Positions 52,809 through 63,601 of a stretch of 64,000 bases of DNA are shown here, piece by piece. The translations under genes and the position numbers were made by a program. Each line of letters starts with the position of its first letter. The first letter of the stretch is position 1. Source of the stretch: an uncultured Acidimicrobiaceae bacterium (GTDB taxonomy: Bacteria > Actinomycetota > Acidimicrobiia > Spongiisociales > UBA5794); the NCBI GenBank assembly GCA_964584755.1, contig CAZPAV010000002.1, positions 45,338 through 109,337 on the forward strand, in the 5' to 3' direction. The notes under the pieces are model-generated. The model had not been told where the DNA came from, made no database searches, and saw only the letters and a list, made by a program, of their open reading frames with translations.

Positions 52809-54674
52809 ATGAGTTCCAATCGCTTGCAGCGCATCGTGCGGACCCGCTGGTGGGTGCTCGTCCTCATCGCGATCGTGTCCGTCTTCGTCGCCTCCTCGCT
52901 GGTCACCGCCCGCAACGCCAACATCCCCGCCCGCCGGGCGACCGCCCCGATCACGTATCACCGGCTCCTCGGGGAGCTCGACGACCAGAACCTCACCGCC
53001 CGCCTGCGCGAGGCGGAGGTGGCGGCCCGCGATCTCAACGCGGCGGAGCTCTCCGGGGGTGGGGGTCCGCTCGCGCCCTGGAGCGAGGGTGAGATCGTCC
53101 TCGACGAGCGCGACAAGCAGCTCGTCTTCATCGGACGTGGCGACACCGACGCGGCGGCCATCGGGGTGGCGACCTCGATGCGGGACCGCTTCCTCGCCGA
53201 TCGCCCCCTCGACCAGACCTCGGAGCTCGAGACGCGGATCACCGCCGCGGCGCGGCAGCTCGCCGACGTCGACGCCCGCCTCAGCGCGGCGACGACCACC
53301 CTGCCCCCCACCGACGCCGACGTCGCCGCGCAGGCGCGGATCGCCGAGCTCCGCGCCGCCATCGCCGCCCTCGGCTCCCGCTACGGCACGCTCACGGTGG
53401 AGGCCATCGCCCCGGTGACCCGCACCCGCGACGAGGTCCTCGCCGAACGCGACACGGTCCACGACCAGCTCCTCGCCGACCAGATCGAGCTCACCACCCT
53501 CCTCGAGACGGCCGACACGGCACCGGAGCCGTCGCTCGATCCGACCCAGCTCGCCGTCCTCCAGGCGCAACGGGATCAGCTCCAACTCGCCCTGAACGAC
53601 CTCATCCTCCAGCGGATCCAACAGGAGCCGATCGGGGAGGTCGACGCGGTGGAGACGGGCCCGTCCGGCATCGCTCCCATCCCGGCGCTCCCTACGAGGA
53701 TCGTGGCGGTCCTCGCCGGGATCCTCGTCGGCCTCGTCGGACTCGTCCTCGTCGACCGGGCCCGCCGCCCCCTCTGGTCCCTCGTCGACGTGCCGGAGCC
53801 GTTCCGTCTCGCCGAGGTCCCCGCTCGACGGACCAGCTCCAGCCGGGACGCCCGGCCCTGGTACCTGGCGACGTCCGTGGGGCGGCGCAAGGGCGCGGTC
53901 CAGGAGCTGCGCTCCAGCATCGAGGGCCTGCCGGGCTTCGGGGAGCGCCTCTCGGTGGGCCTCGCCGCCCTCGGTACCGGCTCGCGCGAGGTCCATGAGC
54001 TCGCCGCCGACCTCGCCTACGCGACGGCGGGTTCGGGGGCCCGCGTGCTGCTCCTCGACGCGGACCTCGACCACCCCACCGATCTCGTCGAGTACCGGGG
54101 CCCGCGGGTCCCCCTCTCCGATGCCCTGGAGCATCCCGAGCGCATCCTCGCGCCCGCGGTCACGCGCGCCGAGCGCGGCTCGGGGGTGGCGTCGCTCCGC
54201 TTCGTGACCGATCCCGGGCGGGGCCCCGACCTCCTCTCCCAGCCGGGCTTCCTCGTGTTCCTCGATCAGGCCCGCGAGGCCTTCGACGTGGTCATCGTCG
54301 CCTCCCCACCGGTGGGCAGTGCCGCCTACCACGTCCTCAGCCAACGCCTCGACACCATGGTCCTCGTCGCCGCCGGTGGCACCACGTCCCGCGACGAGGC
54401 ACTCGGCGCGCTCCGCTCCCTCCAGAGCCGGCGTGCGGAGCCGCTCGGCATCGCTCTCCTCACCCCGCGGGCGGTCCCGACGATCCGTGTCCCGGGAGCG
54501 ACGCGACCCCTCCTCGACGCCGCCCGGCCGGCACCGCGCGAGTCGAGCTTCGCCGAGCGGCTCCGCAAGGTCGGTGTCGTGGGACCCGACGAGCAGGACG
54601 ATCCGGGCCCGGCCGGCGGATCGACGCCGCCTCAGCAGGGGAAGCCGGTCGTTGCCGACCGCGAGCTCGACTGA
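52809..54674 (+). CDS. Wzc-like polysaccharide co-polymerase with degenerate C-terminal BY-kinase-like domain
   Basis: N-terminal TM helix, ~280-aa coiled-coil periplasmic segment, second TM helix (IVAVLAGILVGLVGLVLV), then a MinD/BY-kinase-like domain. That domain keeps Walker A' (VLLLDADLDHP) but has GTGSRE in place of GxGK[ST] and VIVASPP in place of the hhhhDxxP Walker B. No C-terminal Tyr cluster. Confidence 0.75.
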   Translation: MSSNRLQRIVRTRWWVLVLIAIVSVFVASSLVTARNANIPARRATAPITYHRLLGELDDQNLTARLREAEVAARDLNAAELSGGGGPLAPWSEGEIVLDERDKQLVFIGRGDTDAAAIGVATSMRDRFLADRPLDQTSELETRITAAARQLADVDARLSAATTTLPPTDADVAAQARIAELRAAIAALGSRYGTLTVEAIAPVTRTRDEVLAERDTVHDQLLADQIELTTLLETADTAPEPSLDPTQLAVLQAQRDQLQLALNDLILQRIQQEPIGEVDAVETGPSGIAPIPALPTRIVAVLAGILVGLVGLVLVDRARRPLWSLVDVPEPFRLAEVPARRTSSSRDARPWYLATSVGRRKGAVQELRSSIEGLPGFGERLSVGLAALGTGSREVHELAADLAYATAGSGARVLLLDADLDHPTDLVEYRGPRVPLSDALEHPERILAPAVTRAERGSGVASLRFVTDPGRGPDLLSQPGFLVFLDQAREAFDVVIVASPPVGSAAYHVLSQRLDTMVLVAAGGTTSRDEALGALRSLQSRRAEPLGIALLTPRAVPTIRVPGATRPLLDAARPAPRESSFAERLRKVGVVGPDEQDDPGPAGGSTPPQQGKPVVADRELD

Positions 54675-54732
54675 GCCCTCGCGACGACCGCGCCGGCCGC
54701 TTCGGTCCGCCGTCAAGCAGCTCGCCGCCCTG

Positions 54733-55491
54733 GTGGAGGCCGGACGGCCCCGTCGTCCCGGGCCTCGGATCCTCATCTACCACCAGGTCGGGACGAGCCT
54801 CGGCCGGGAGATGGAGGTCCCTCTGGCGGGGTTCCTCGCCCAGCTCGACGTCCTCGCCGCCGAGGGGAGGATCGTGTCCCTGGAGGAGGCGGTGGCCCGG
54901 ATCGGCACGCCCGGGGACGATCGCCTCTTCGTCCTCACCTTCGACGACGGGTACGCCGACGTCTACCACAACGCCTTCCCACATCTCGTCGACCGCTCCC
55001 TCCCCTTCACGGTGTACCTGACCACCGCCCCCATCGAGGCCGAGGCGCCGCTCCTCGGCCACCCGGAGGCCACGCCGTTGCGATGGCCGCAGGTACGCGA
55101 GATGGTCGCCTCGGGCCTCGTCACCGTGGGAGCCCACACCCACCGTCACCCCGACCTCCGGGCCCTCGATCCCACCGCGGTGGCGGAGGAGCTCGACCGC
55201 TCGAACGGCCTCATCGAGGAACGGCTCGGGCTCCGTCCCCGCCACTTCGCCTACCCGAAGGGGTGGTGGGCCCCGCAGGCCGAACCCGAGATCCGCCGCC
55301 GCTACGACACCGCGGTGCTCGGCGAGGGACCCCCGCTCACCGCAGCCACCGATCCCTTCCGTCTCCATCGCGTCGCCGTCCTCGCCGGCGACGGCATGCG
55401 CTTCTTCTGCCGCAAGCTGGAGACCGGACTCGTCCTCGAGGAGCGTCTCCGGCGTGTGGTGCGACGGTACCGCGGGCCGAGCCCCGCCTGA
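54733..55491 (+). CDS. Polysaccharide deacetylase (CE4) - copy 2
   Basis: RILIYHQV...FVLTFDDGYADVYHNAFPHL...GAHTHRHPDL...FAYPKG. Start uncertain: GTG at 54733 is the first canonical in-frame start after the wzc-like stop. Confidence 0.65.
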   Translation: MEAGRPRRPGPRILIYHQVGTSLGREMEVPLAGFLAQLDVLAAEGRIVSLEEAVARIGTPGDDRLFVLTFDDGYADVYHNAFPHLVDRSLPFTVYLTTAPIEAEAPLLGHPEATPLRWPQVREMVASGLVTVGAHTHRHPDLRALDPTAVAEELDRSNGLIEERLGLRPRHFAYPKGWWAPQAEPEIRRRYDTAVLGEGPPLTAATDPFRLHRVAVLAGDGMRFFCRKLETGLVLEERLRRVVRRYRGPSPA

Positions 55492-55496
55492 GCCGC

Positions 55497-56864
55497 CTAC
55501 TCGGCCGCCTCGGAGATGCTCTCGGCGAGCGAGGGGTGCACGAGGAGCGTCTCGACGAGGACGTCGACCCGGAGGCGTCCCTGGACGGCGAGGGCGATCG
55601 GCGCGATGAGCTCGGAGGCGTGATGTCCGACGACGGTCCCACCGAGCACGATCCGCGTGGCCGGATCCGAGATGACCTTGACGAACCCGGTGGGATTCCC
55701 CTGGATGAGGGCCCGGGGATTCGCCGCGAACGGCACCTTCGTGATGCGGACCTTGCGGCCCTCGGCCGCGGCGTCCACCTCCTCGAGGCCCACCGAGGCG
55801 ATCTCCGGGTCGGTGAAGATGGCCTGGGACACCTTGCGGTACTCGAGCGGCTTCACCTGGAAGCCCAGCGCGTGGCGCGCGATCTTCCTCCCCTGCATCG
55901 CCGCCACCGACGAGAGGGGGAGCTGTCCGGTCACGTCGCCGGCGGCGTAGATGTGCGGGAGCGACGTCCGCTGGTACTCGTCCACGCGCACGTATCCGCC
56001 CTCGACCCGAATGCCCACCTCCTCGAGGCCGACACCCTCACTGTTGGGGATCGATCCCACCGCGAGCAGCACGTGGCTCCCGGTGACCCGGCGGCCGTCC
56101 TCGGTCTCCACGACGACCCCGTCACCCTCGCGTCGGGCCGCGGCGGCGCGACTGCCCTTGAGCAGCTCCACCCCTCGGGAGAGGAAGCCGTCCTCGAGCA
56201 CCATGGCGACCTCGGGATCGCGATGCGGCAGGATGTGATGCCGACTCACGAGGAGCGTCACCCGGGAGCCGAGGCTCGAGAAGATGTGCACCATCTCGAC
56301 ACCGGTGACGCCCGACCCCACCACGACGAGGTGCTCGGGGAGCTCGGTGAGGTGGTAGGCGCGGCGGGTCGTCATGATCCGCTCCTCGTCCACCTCGGCC
56401 CAGGAGGGCACGCGGGGACGCGATCCGGTGGAGACGAGGGCGCGATCGAATCGGATCTCGACCTCCTCCCCGTCCTCGGTCACCACGGCGGCGGAGTGCG
56501 CGCCGGTGAGCCGTCCCCGCCCCCGGATGATCCGCACCTCCTGGGATTCGAGCATGTCGGAGAAGCCGGCGGCGAGACGCCGGGTGATCCCCTCCAGGTG
56601 GTCGGCGAGACGCTTCATGTCCAGCGTGACCGCACCCGGATCCGAGATCCCCAACGCGGCGGCGGCCCGCACCGCGGCGAGCCGGGCGGAGCTGGCGACC
56701 ATGGCCTTGGAGGGGATGCAGTCCCAGAGGTGGGCCGCGCCGCCCACGATGTTCTCCTCGACGAGCGTCACCTCGGCGCCGAGGGTGGCTGCCATCGTCG
56801 CCGCGGCGTGGCCCGCGGGCCCGCCGCCGATGACGAGGAACGAGACCGTGGGTTCGTCGAGCAT
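55497..56864 (-). CDS. lpdA: Flavoprotein disulfide reductase-family NAD(P)H oxidoreductase (LpdA-like, single active-site Cys)
   Basis: FLVIGGGPAGHAAA FAD motif, GGAAHLWDCIPSKAM (one Cys where CxxxxC is usual, as in mycobacterial quinone reductase LpdA), NAD motif VVVGSGVTGVE, C-terminal dimerisation domain. Confidence 0.75.
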   Translation of the reverse strand: MLDEPTVSFLVIGGGPAGHAAATMAATLGAEVTLVEENIVGGAAHLWDCIPSKAMVASSARLAAVRAAAALGISDPGAVTLDMKRLADHLEGITRRLAAGFSDMLESQEVRIIRGRGRLTGAHSAAVVTEDGEEVEIRFDRALVSTGSRPRVPSWAEVDEERIMTTRRAYHLTELPEHLVVVGSGVTGVEMVHIFSSLGSRVTLLVSRHHILPHRDPEVAMVLEDGFLSRGVELLKGSRAAAARREGDGVVVETEDGRRVTGSHVLLAVGSIPNSEGVGLEEVGIRVEGGYVRVDEYQRTSLPHIYAAGDVTGQLPLSSVAAMQGRKIARHALGFQVKPLEYRKVSQAIFTDPEIASVGLEEVDAAAEGRKVRITKVPFAANPRALIQGNPTGFVKVISDPATRIVLGGTVVGHHASELIAPIALAVQGRLRVDVLVETLLVHPSLAESISEAAE

Positions 56865-56878
56865 GTCCCTCCCGGGCG

Positions 56879-58435
<1,557 letters not shown>

Positions 58436-58535
58436 GACGGTGCCTTCTCCGGGATGGCTCCTATGCTTTTCGCGGGCTCGATGCTACCCAGCGGGGAACC
58501 CTCCGGCCCCTCGTGACGTCTCTCTCCGGGAGCCC

Positions 58536-61043
58536 ATGGAACCCAGCATCCACCAGATCCATCGAGCCGAGCGGCGCGGTCGTCGACTTCCCGCACTCGC
58601 TCTCCTCGCCGTCGTCGTCGTTCTCGGCGCGACCTGGGTGGGGCTGTTCGGGTTCCTCGGCGGCGACGCCGCCTTCGGTACCGTCGAGGGTCTCGAGCGG
58701 CGGTACGTCTGTGATCCCACGGGCCTGGACCTGTCTTTTCCCGATCTCTCGAAGCTCTCGACCGTGGTGACCTCGGACGGCGTGGTCCTCGGCAAGCTCA
58801 CCGAGCGCAACAGTCAGCCGGTCCCCCTCGAGGAGATCCCCGATCTCGTCGTCGCCGCCGCGCTGTCCTCCGAGGACAAGGACTTCTACCACCACCGCGG
58901 CATCGACTACCGGGCCATCTTCCGGGCCGTCGTGGACAACGCGACCGGGGGAGCGAGCCTCCAAGGCGGGTCGACGATCACCCAACAGGTCGTCAAGCAG
59001 AACTTCCTCACTCCGGAGCGGACCCTGCGGCGGAAGCTCTGCGAGGCGGTCGTGGCCGTCGAGCTCGAGCGCCGCTACACGAAGGATCAGATCCTCGAGT
59101 TCTACCTCAACTCGGTCTTCTTCGGTGCCAACGCCTACGGCGTCAAGGCGGCCGCCCAGGAGTACTTCGGGAAGGACCTCGACGAGCTCACCGTCGCCGA
59201 GGCCGCCGCCCTCATGGCGCCCATCCGCAACCCCACCTTCTACCATCCCCGTCTCCATCCCGCGAACGTCCGCCTCGCCCGGAACCGCATCATCGACCAG
59301 ATGGCCGCCAACGGGTACATCACCCGGTCCCAGGCCGAGGAGGCGAAGGCCACGCCGCTCACGGTCGTCCCCCACGAGGGCTTCGTGGACCTCGCGCCCC
59401 AGGTCATGATCGCGGTGCGCCAGGAGCTGCTCCGCAACCCCGGGTACGGCCTCGGGGAGACGTACGCCGAGCGCAAGCGGGCCGTGTTCGGCTGCCCCGC
59501 GGCGGACGCGTCCTGCGCGGGCGGCGGCGGGCTGCGGATCGAGGTGACCGTGGACTACGGCCTCCAGCAGGAGGCCAACCGCATCCTGCGGGCCTGGTTC
59601 CGGCCGGGGCGGGAGGGTCCGACGGGGGCGATCGCCATGGTGGACAATCGGACCGGAGCGGTCCGGGTGATGGCCTCCGGCCTCGACTTCGGGACGGACA
59701 TCGAGGCCGGCCAGCGACCCTACGACCTCGCCACCCAGGGAGCTCGCCAGCCCGGCTCGGCGTTCAAGCCGTTCACCCTTGCCGCGGCCCTCGAGAACGG
59801 GACGAGCGACGGCCGTCCCGTGACCTTGGGGAGCTACTGGGACGAGTCCAGCCCCGCGGAGATCGACTGCGGCTTCCCTTGCAGCAGTGGTGGCAGCCAC
59901 GTCTGGACGGTCTCGAACGCCGGCGGACGCAAGCCCCGAGGCCTGCGCACCCTGGAGTCGGCGACGTACAACTCGGTGAACACCGTCTACGCCCGGCTCG
60001 TGGCCGCGGTGGGGCCCGATCGGGTGGTGGAGATGGCGCGACGTCTCGGCATCCGCTCTCCACTCCGGCCGTACCCGTCGATCACGCTGGGGGCGTTCGG
60101 GGTGAGTCCGCTCGAGATGGCCTCGGCGTACTCGACCTTCGCCGACTACGGCATCCGGCACGAGCCGTACCTCATCGAGCGGATCGTGGACGCGAGCGGG
60201 AACGTCGTCTACGAGCACGCCCCCGACGGCAGGCGGGTCCTCTCCGACGCGATCGGCGCCGCCATCGTCCGGACCCTCGAGAAGGTCGTCTCCCGCGGAA
60301 CGGGACGGCGGGCCGACATCGGACGGCCGCAGGCGGGGAAGACCGGAACGGCGACCGACTACCGCGACGTCTGGTTCGTGGGGTTCGTCCCGCAGTACAC
60401 CACCGCGGTCTGGGTCGGCTACCCCGACAAGCAGGTCCCCCTCAAGGACTTCACCGTCTGGAACGACCTCGACGGGAAGGAGCAGTACTACCGGCGGGCC
60501 TTCGGTGGGACCCTGGCCGCCCCCGTGTGGAAGGAGTTCATGCTCGCCGCCACGGCCGGACTCCCGGTGGTGGACTTCCCCCCGGATCCGCCCGGGACCG
60601 CGGTGTACCGGCAGGTCCCCTTCACGGAGATGCCCGACGTCGTGGGGAGCGCGGCGGACGTCGCCGAGAACGCCGTGTTCGACGCCGCGCTCGAGCCGGA
60701 GCGGCGCGAGGTGCCCTCGACGGCGGTCGCCGGCACCGTGGTGGGCCAGGAGCCGCTGCCGGGCACGCGACTCCGTCAGGGAACGACGGTCGTCCTCGAG
60801 GTCTCGAACGGCGTGGCCCCGACCGCCCCCCTCCCGGACCTCGTGGGGATGACCGCGGCCCAGCTCGCACCCACCCTCCACACCTTCTCCACCTCCACCG
60901 GCGTCGACGTGGGGTGGATCGTCCAGCGCGTCACCACGACGGACCCCGCCCAGTGGGACCGGGTCGTCTCCACCGACCCCGCGCCCGGGACGCCGGTCGG
61001 CCCCGGAACCGTCGTGACCGTGTTCCTCGGCTCCAGCCCCTGA
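58536..61043 (+). CDS. ponA: Class A penicillin-binding protein (transglycosylase + transpeptidase) with C-terminal PASTA-like domain
   Basis: TM anchor, GT51 motifs (EDKDFYHHRGID, GGSTITQQVVKQ, RKLCEAVVAVELERRYTKDQILEFYLN), transpeptidase SAFKP, SxN, KTGT. C-terminal ~150 aa look PASTA-like. Start at ATG 58536 within the listed ORF. Confidence 0.9.
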   Translation: MEPSIHQIHRAERRGRRLPALALLAVVVVLGATWVGLFGFLGGDAAFGTVEGLERRYVCDPTGLDLSFPDLSKLSTVVTSDGVVLGKLTERNSQPVPLEEIPDLVVAAALSSEDKDFYHHRGIDYRAIFRAVVDNATGGASLQGGSTITQQVVKQNFLTPERTLRRKLCEAVVAVELERRYTKDQILEFYLNSVFFGANAYGVKAAAQEYFGKDLDELTVAEAAALMAPIRNPTFYHPRLHPANVRLARNRIIDQMAANGYITRSQAEEAKATPLTVVPHEGFVDLAPQVMIAVRQELLRNPGYGLGETYAERKRAVFGCPAADASCAGGGGLRIEVTVDYGLQQEANRILRAWFRPGREGPTGAIAMVDNRTGAVRVMASGLDFGTDIEAGQRPYDLATQGARQPGSAFKPFTLAAALENGTSDGRPVTLGSYWDESSPAEIDCGFPCSSGGSHVWTVSNAGGRKPRGLRTLESATYNSVNTVYARLVAAVGPDRVVEMARRLGIRSPLRPYPSITLGAFGVSPLEMASAYSTFADYGIRHEPYLIERIVDASGNVVYEHAPDGRRVLSDAIGAAIVRTLEKVVSRGTGRRADIGRPQAGKTGTATDYRDVWFVGFVPQYTTAVWVGYPDKQVPLKDFTVWNDLDGKEQYYRRAFGGTLAAPVWKEFMLAATAGLPVVDFPPDPPGTAVYRQVPFTEMPDVVGSAADVAENAVFDAALEPERREVPSTAVAGTVVGQEPLPGTRLRQGTTVVLEVSNGVAPTAPLPDLVGMTAAQLAPTLHTFSTSTGVDVGWIVQRVTTTDPAQWDRVVSTDPAPGTPVGPGTVVTVFLGSSP

Positions 61044-61106
61044 CGCCGCCGGGGGAGGCGCGAGCAGGCGCTCCAGGCCATTCTTTCGCGCCTCGAAGCA
61101 ATGTAC

Positions 61107-61134
61107 TTGACATCAACTGCGGTCATCTCATACT
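61107..61134 (+). promoter_or_regulatory. Sigma-70/SigA-like promoter (TTGACA -16 nt- CATACT) placing the transcription start at the ATG of the 61141 gene (leaderless)
   Basis: TTGACA at 61107-61112, 16-nt spacer, CATACT at 61129-61134, ATG at 61141-61143 about 7 nt downstream. The local region is the most AT-rich stretch in the window. Confidence 0.45.
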
Positions 61135-61140
61135 CGATGT

Positions 61141-61614
61141 ATGACCGCGATCGAGATCACGGCGGTGTCCGGGTCGTTCCCCGGCGATGCTCGTCCTCCC
61201 ATCGCCTCCCGGGATCCCGCGCCACGCCCGGGCACCGCCGTCCCCCCACCGCCCTACCCCCTCCTCCGTCCCACCGTGTGGCCGCGACGACGGGTCCATC
61301 CCCGGCCCTGGTACGACGCGTTCACCGTCCTCGGCTACCCGGTCGACCACCACTACGTGCGCCGTTTCTGGACCGCGGTCCTCGGCCCGGGAGCGGTCGC
61401 CGACCTGCTGCGCCTCGCCGTCGCCGCCCGTCGCGGCCGCTCCCTCCTGCTCCCCCTCCACACGCGATGCCTGCTCCGGGAGGGTCTCGTCCACCGCGAC
61501 GGCGACGTCCTCTGGGTCCGTCCCACCGTGCCGCCCCTCTCCGCGGCCCAGGTGCTCCGTCTCCCCGCGGCGCTGCGGCGTGAGCACGGGCGGTACCGGC
61601 TCGAGACCGGCTGA
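61141..61614 (+). CDS. Hypothetical protein (Pro-rich N-terminus, ordered C-terminal ~100 aa), apparently leaderless
   Basis: 157 aa, high GC3, WYDAFTVLGYPVDHHYVRRFWTAVLGPGAVADLLRLAVAA...LHTRCLLREGLVHRDGDVLWVRP. No recognised family. The overlapping 61187-61900 frame is Arg/Ser/Pro-rich. Confidence 0.45.
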   Translation: MTAIEITAVSGSFPGDARPPIASRDPAPRPGTAVPPPPYPLLRPTVWPRRRVHPRPWYDAFTVLGYPVDHHYVRRFWTAVLGPGAVADLLRLAVAARRGRSLLLPLHTRCLLREGLVHRDGDVLWVRPTVPPLSAAQVLRLPAALRREHGRYRLETG

Positions 61615-61644
61615 GCGCGCCCCGGACCGCGGTAGCGTTCCCTC

Positions 61645-62418
61645 GTGGACGCCCTTCTCGCCGCAGCCGCCGCCCTGGAGGACCGCGACCGGATCCTCGT
61701 CTTCACGGGAGCCGGGATCAGCACCGAGTCCGGGATCCCCGACTTCCGCGGCCCGAACGGGCTGTGGACACGCCTCGACCCCGACGACTTCACCTACCGG
61801 CGGTACCTCGAGGACGAGCGGTTTCGGATCGCCTCCTGGGAACGTCGCCTCGACTCGCCCTTCGTGGGGGCGACGCCGAACCCCGCCCATCACGCCGTGA
61901 CCCGGCTGTGGCGGGAGGGCCGGGCCGTGGGATGCATCACCCAGAACGTCGACGGTCTCCACGCCGATGCCGGGCTCCCGGCGAGTGTGCTCGTCGAGCT
62001 GCACGGCAACGCCGCCCGCATCCACTGCATCGAGTGCGGAGACCGGCCCGAGCGCGACCTGGTACGGACCCGCTGGGAGGCCGGTGACGCGGATCCTCGC
62101 TGCGAGCGCTGCGGCGGGATCCTCAAGCCGGCGGTCGTCTTCTTCGGCGAGGACATGCCCCGCCGGGCCATGCTCCGAGCGGCGGCGCTCGTGGCCGAGG
62201 CGGACGCGGTGCTCGTGGTCGGCTCCACGCTGTCCGTCTACCCGGCCGCCTTCTTCCCGCTCGAGATCGCCGACCGTGGCGATCCCATGGTGATCGTGAA
62301 CGAGGGCCCCACCGAGCACGACCACGCCGCCGCCGTCAAGGTCCCGGGCAAGGCGGGCGCGCTCCTCCCGCTGCTCGTCGACCGGCTCCTCGCCGGCGCC
62401 GCTCCCCGCCCCGGGTAG
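61645..62418 (+). CDS. cobB: NAD-dependent protein deacylase, Sir2 family
   Basis: ILVFTGAGISTESGIPDFRGPNGLW, QNVDGLH, Zn ribbon CIECG...CERCGG, VVGSTLSVYPAA. GTG start. Confidence 0.85.
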   Translation: MDALLAAAAALEDRDRILVFTGAGISTESGIPDFRGPNGLWTRLDPDDFTYRRYLEDERFRIASWERRLDSPFVGATPNPAHHAVTRLWREGRAVGCITQNVDGLHADAGLPASVLVELHGNAARIHCIECGDRPERDLVRTRWEAGDADPRCERCGGILKPAVVFFGEDMPRRAMLRAAALVAEADAVLVVGSTLSVYPAAFFPLEIADRGDPMVIVNEGPTEHDHAAAVKVPGKAGALLPLLVDRLLAGAAPRPG

Positions 62419-62439
62419 GCTCCGAGGAGGAGGACCAGC

Positions 62440-63600
<1,161 letters not shown>

Positions 63601-63601
63601 C

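Noticed and set aside
52662-54776. 704-aa minus-strand ORF
   Set aside because: Antisense to the wzc-like gene; Gly/Arg/Glu-rich.
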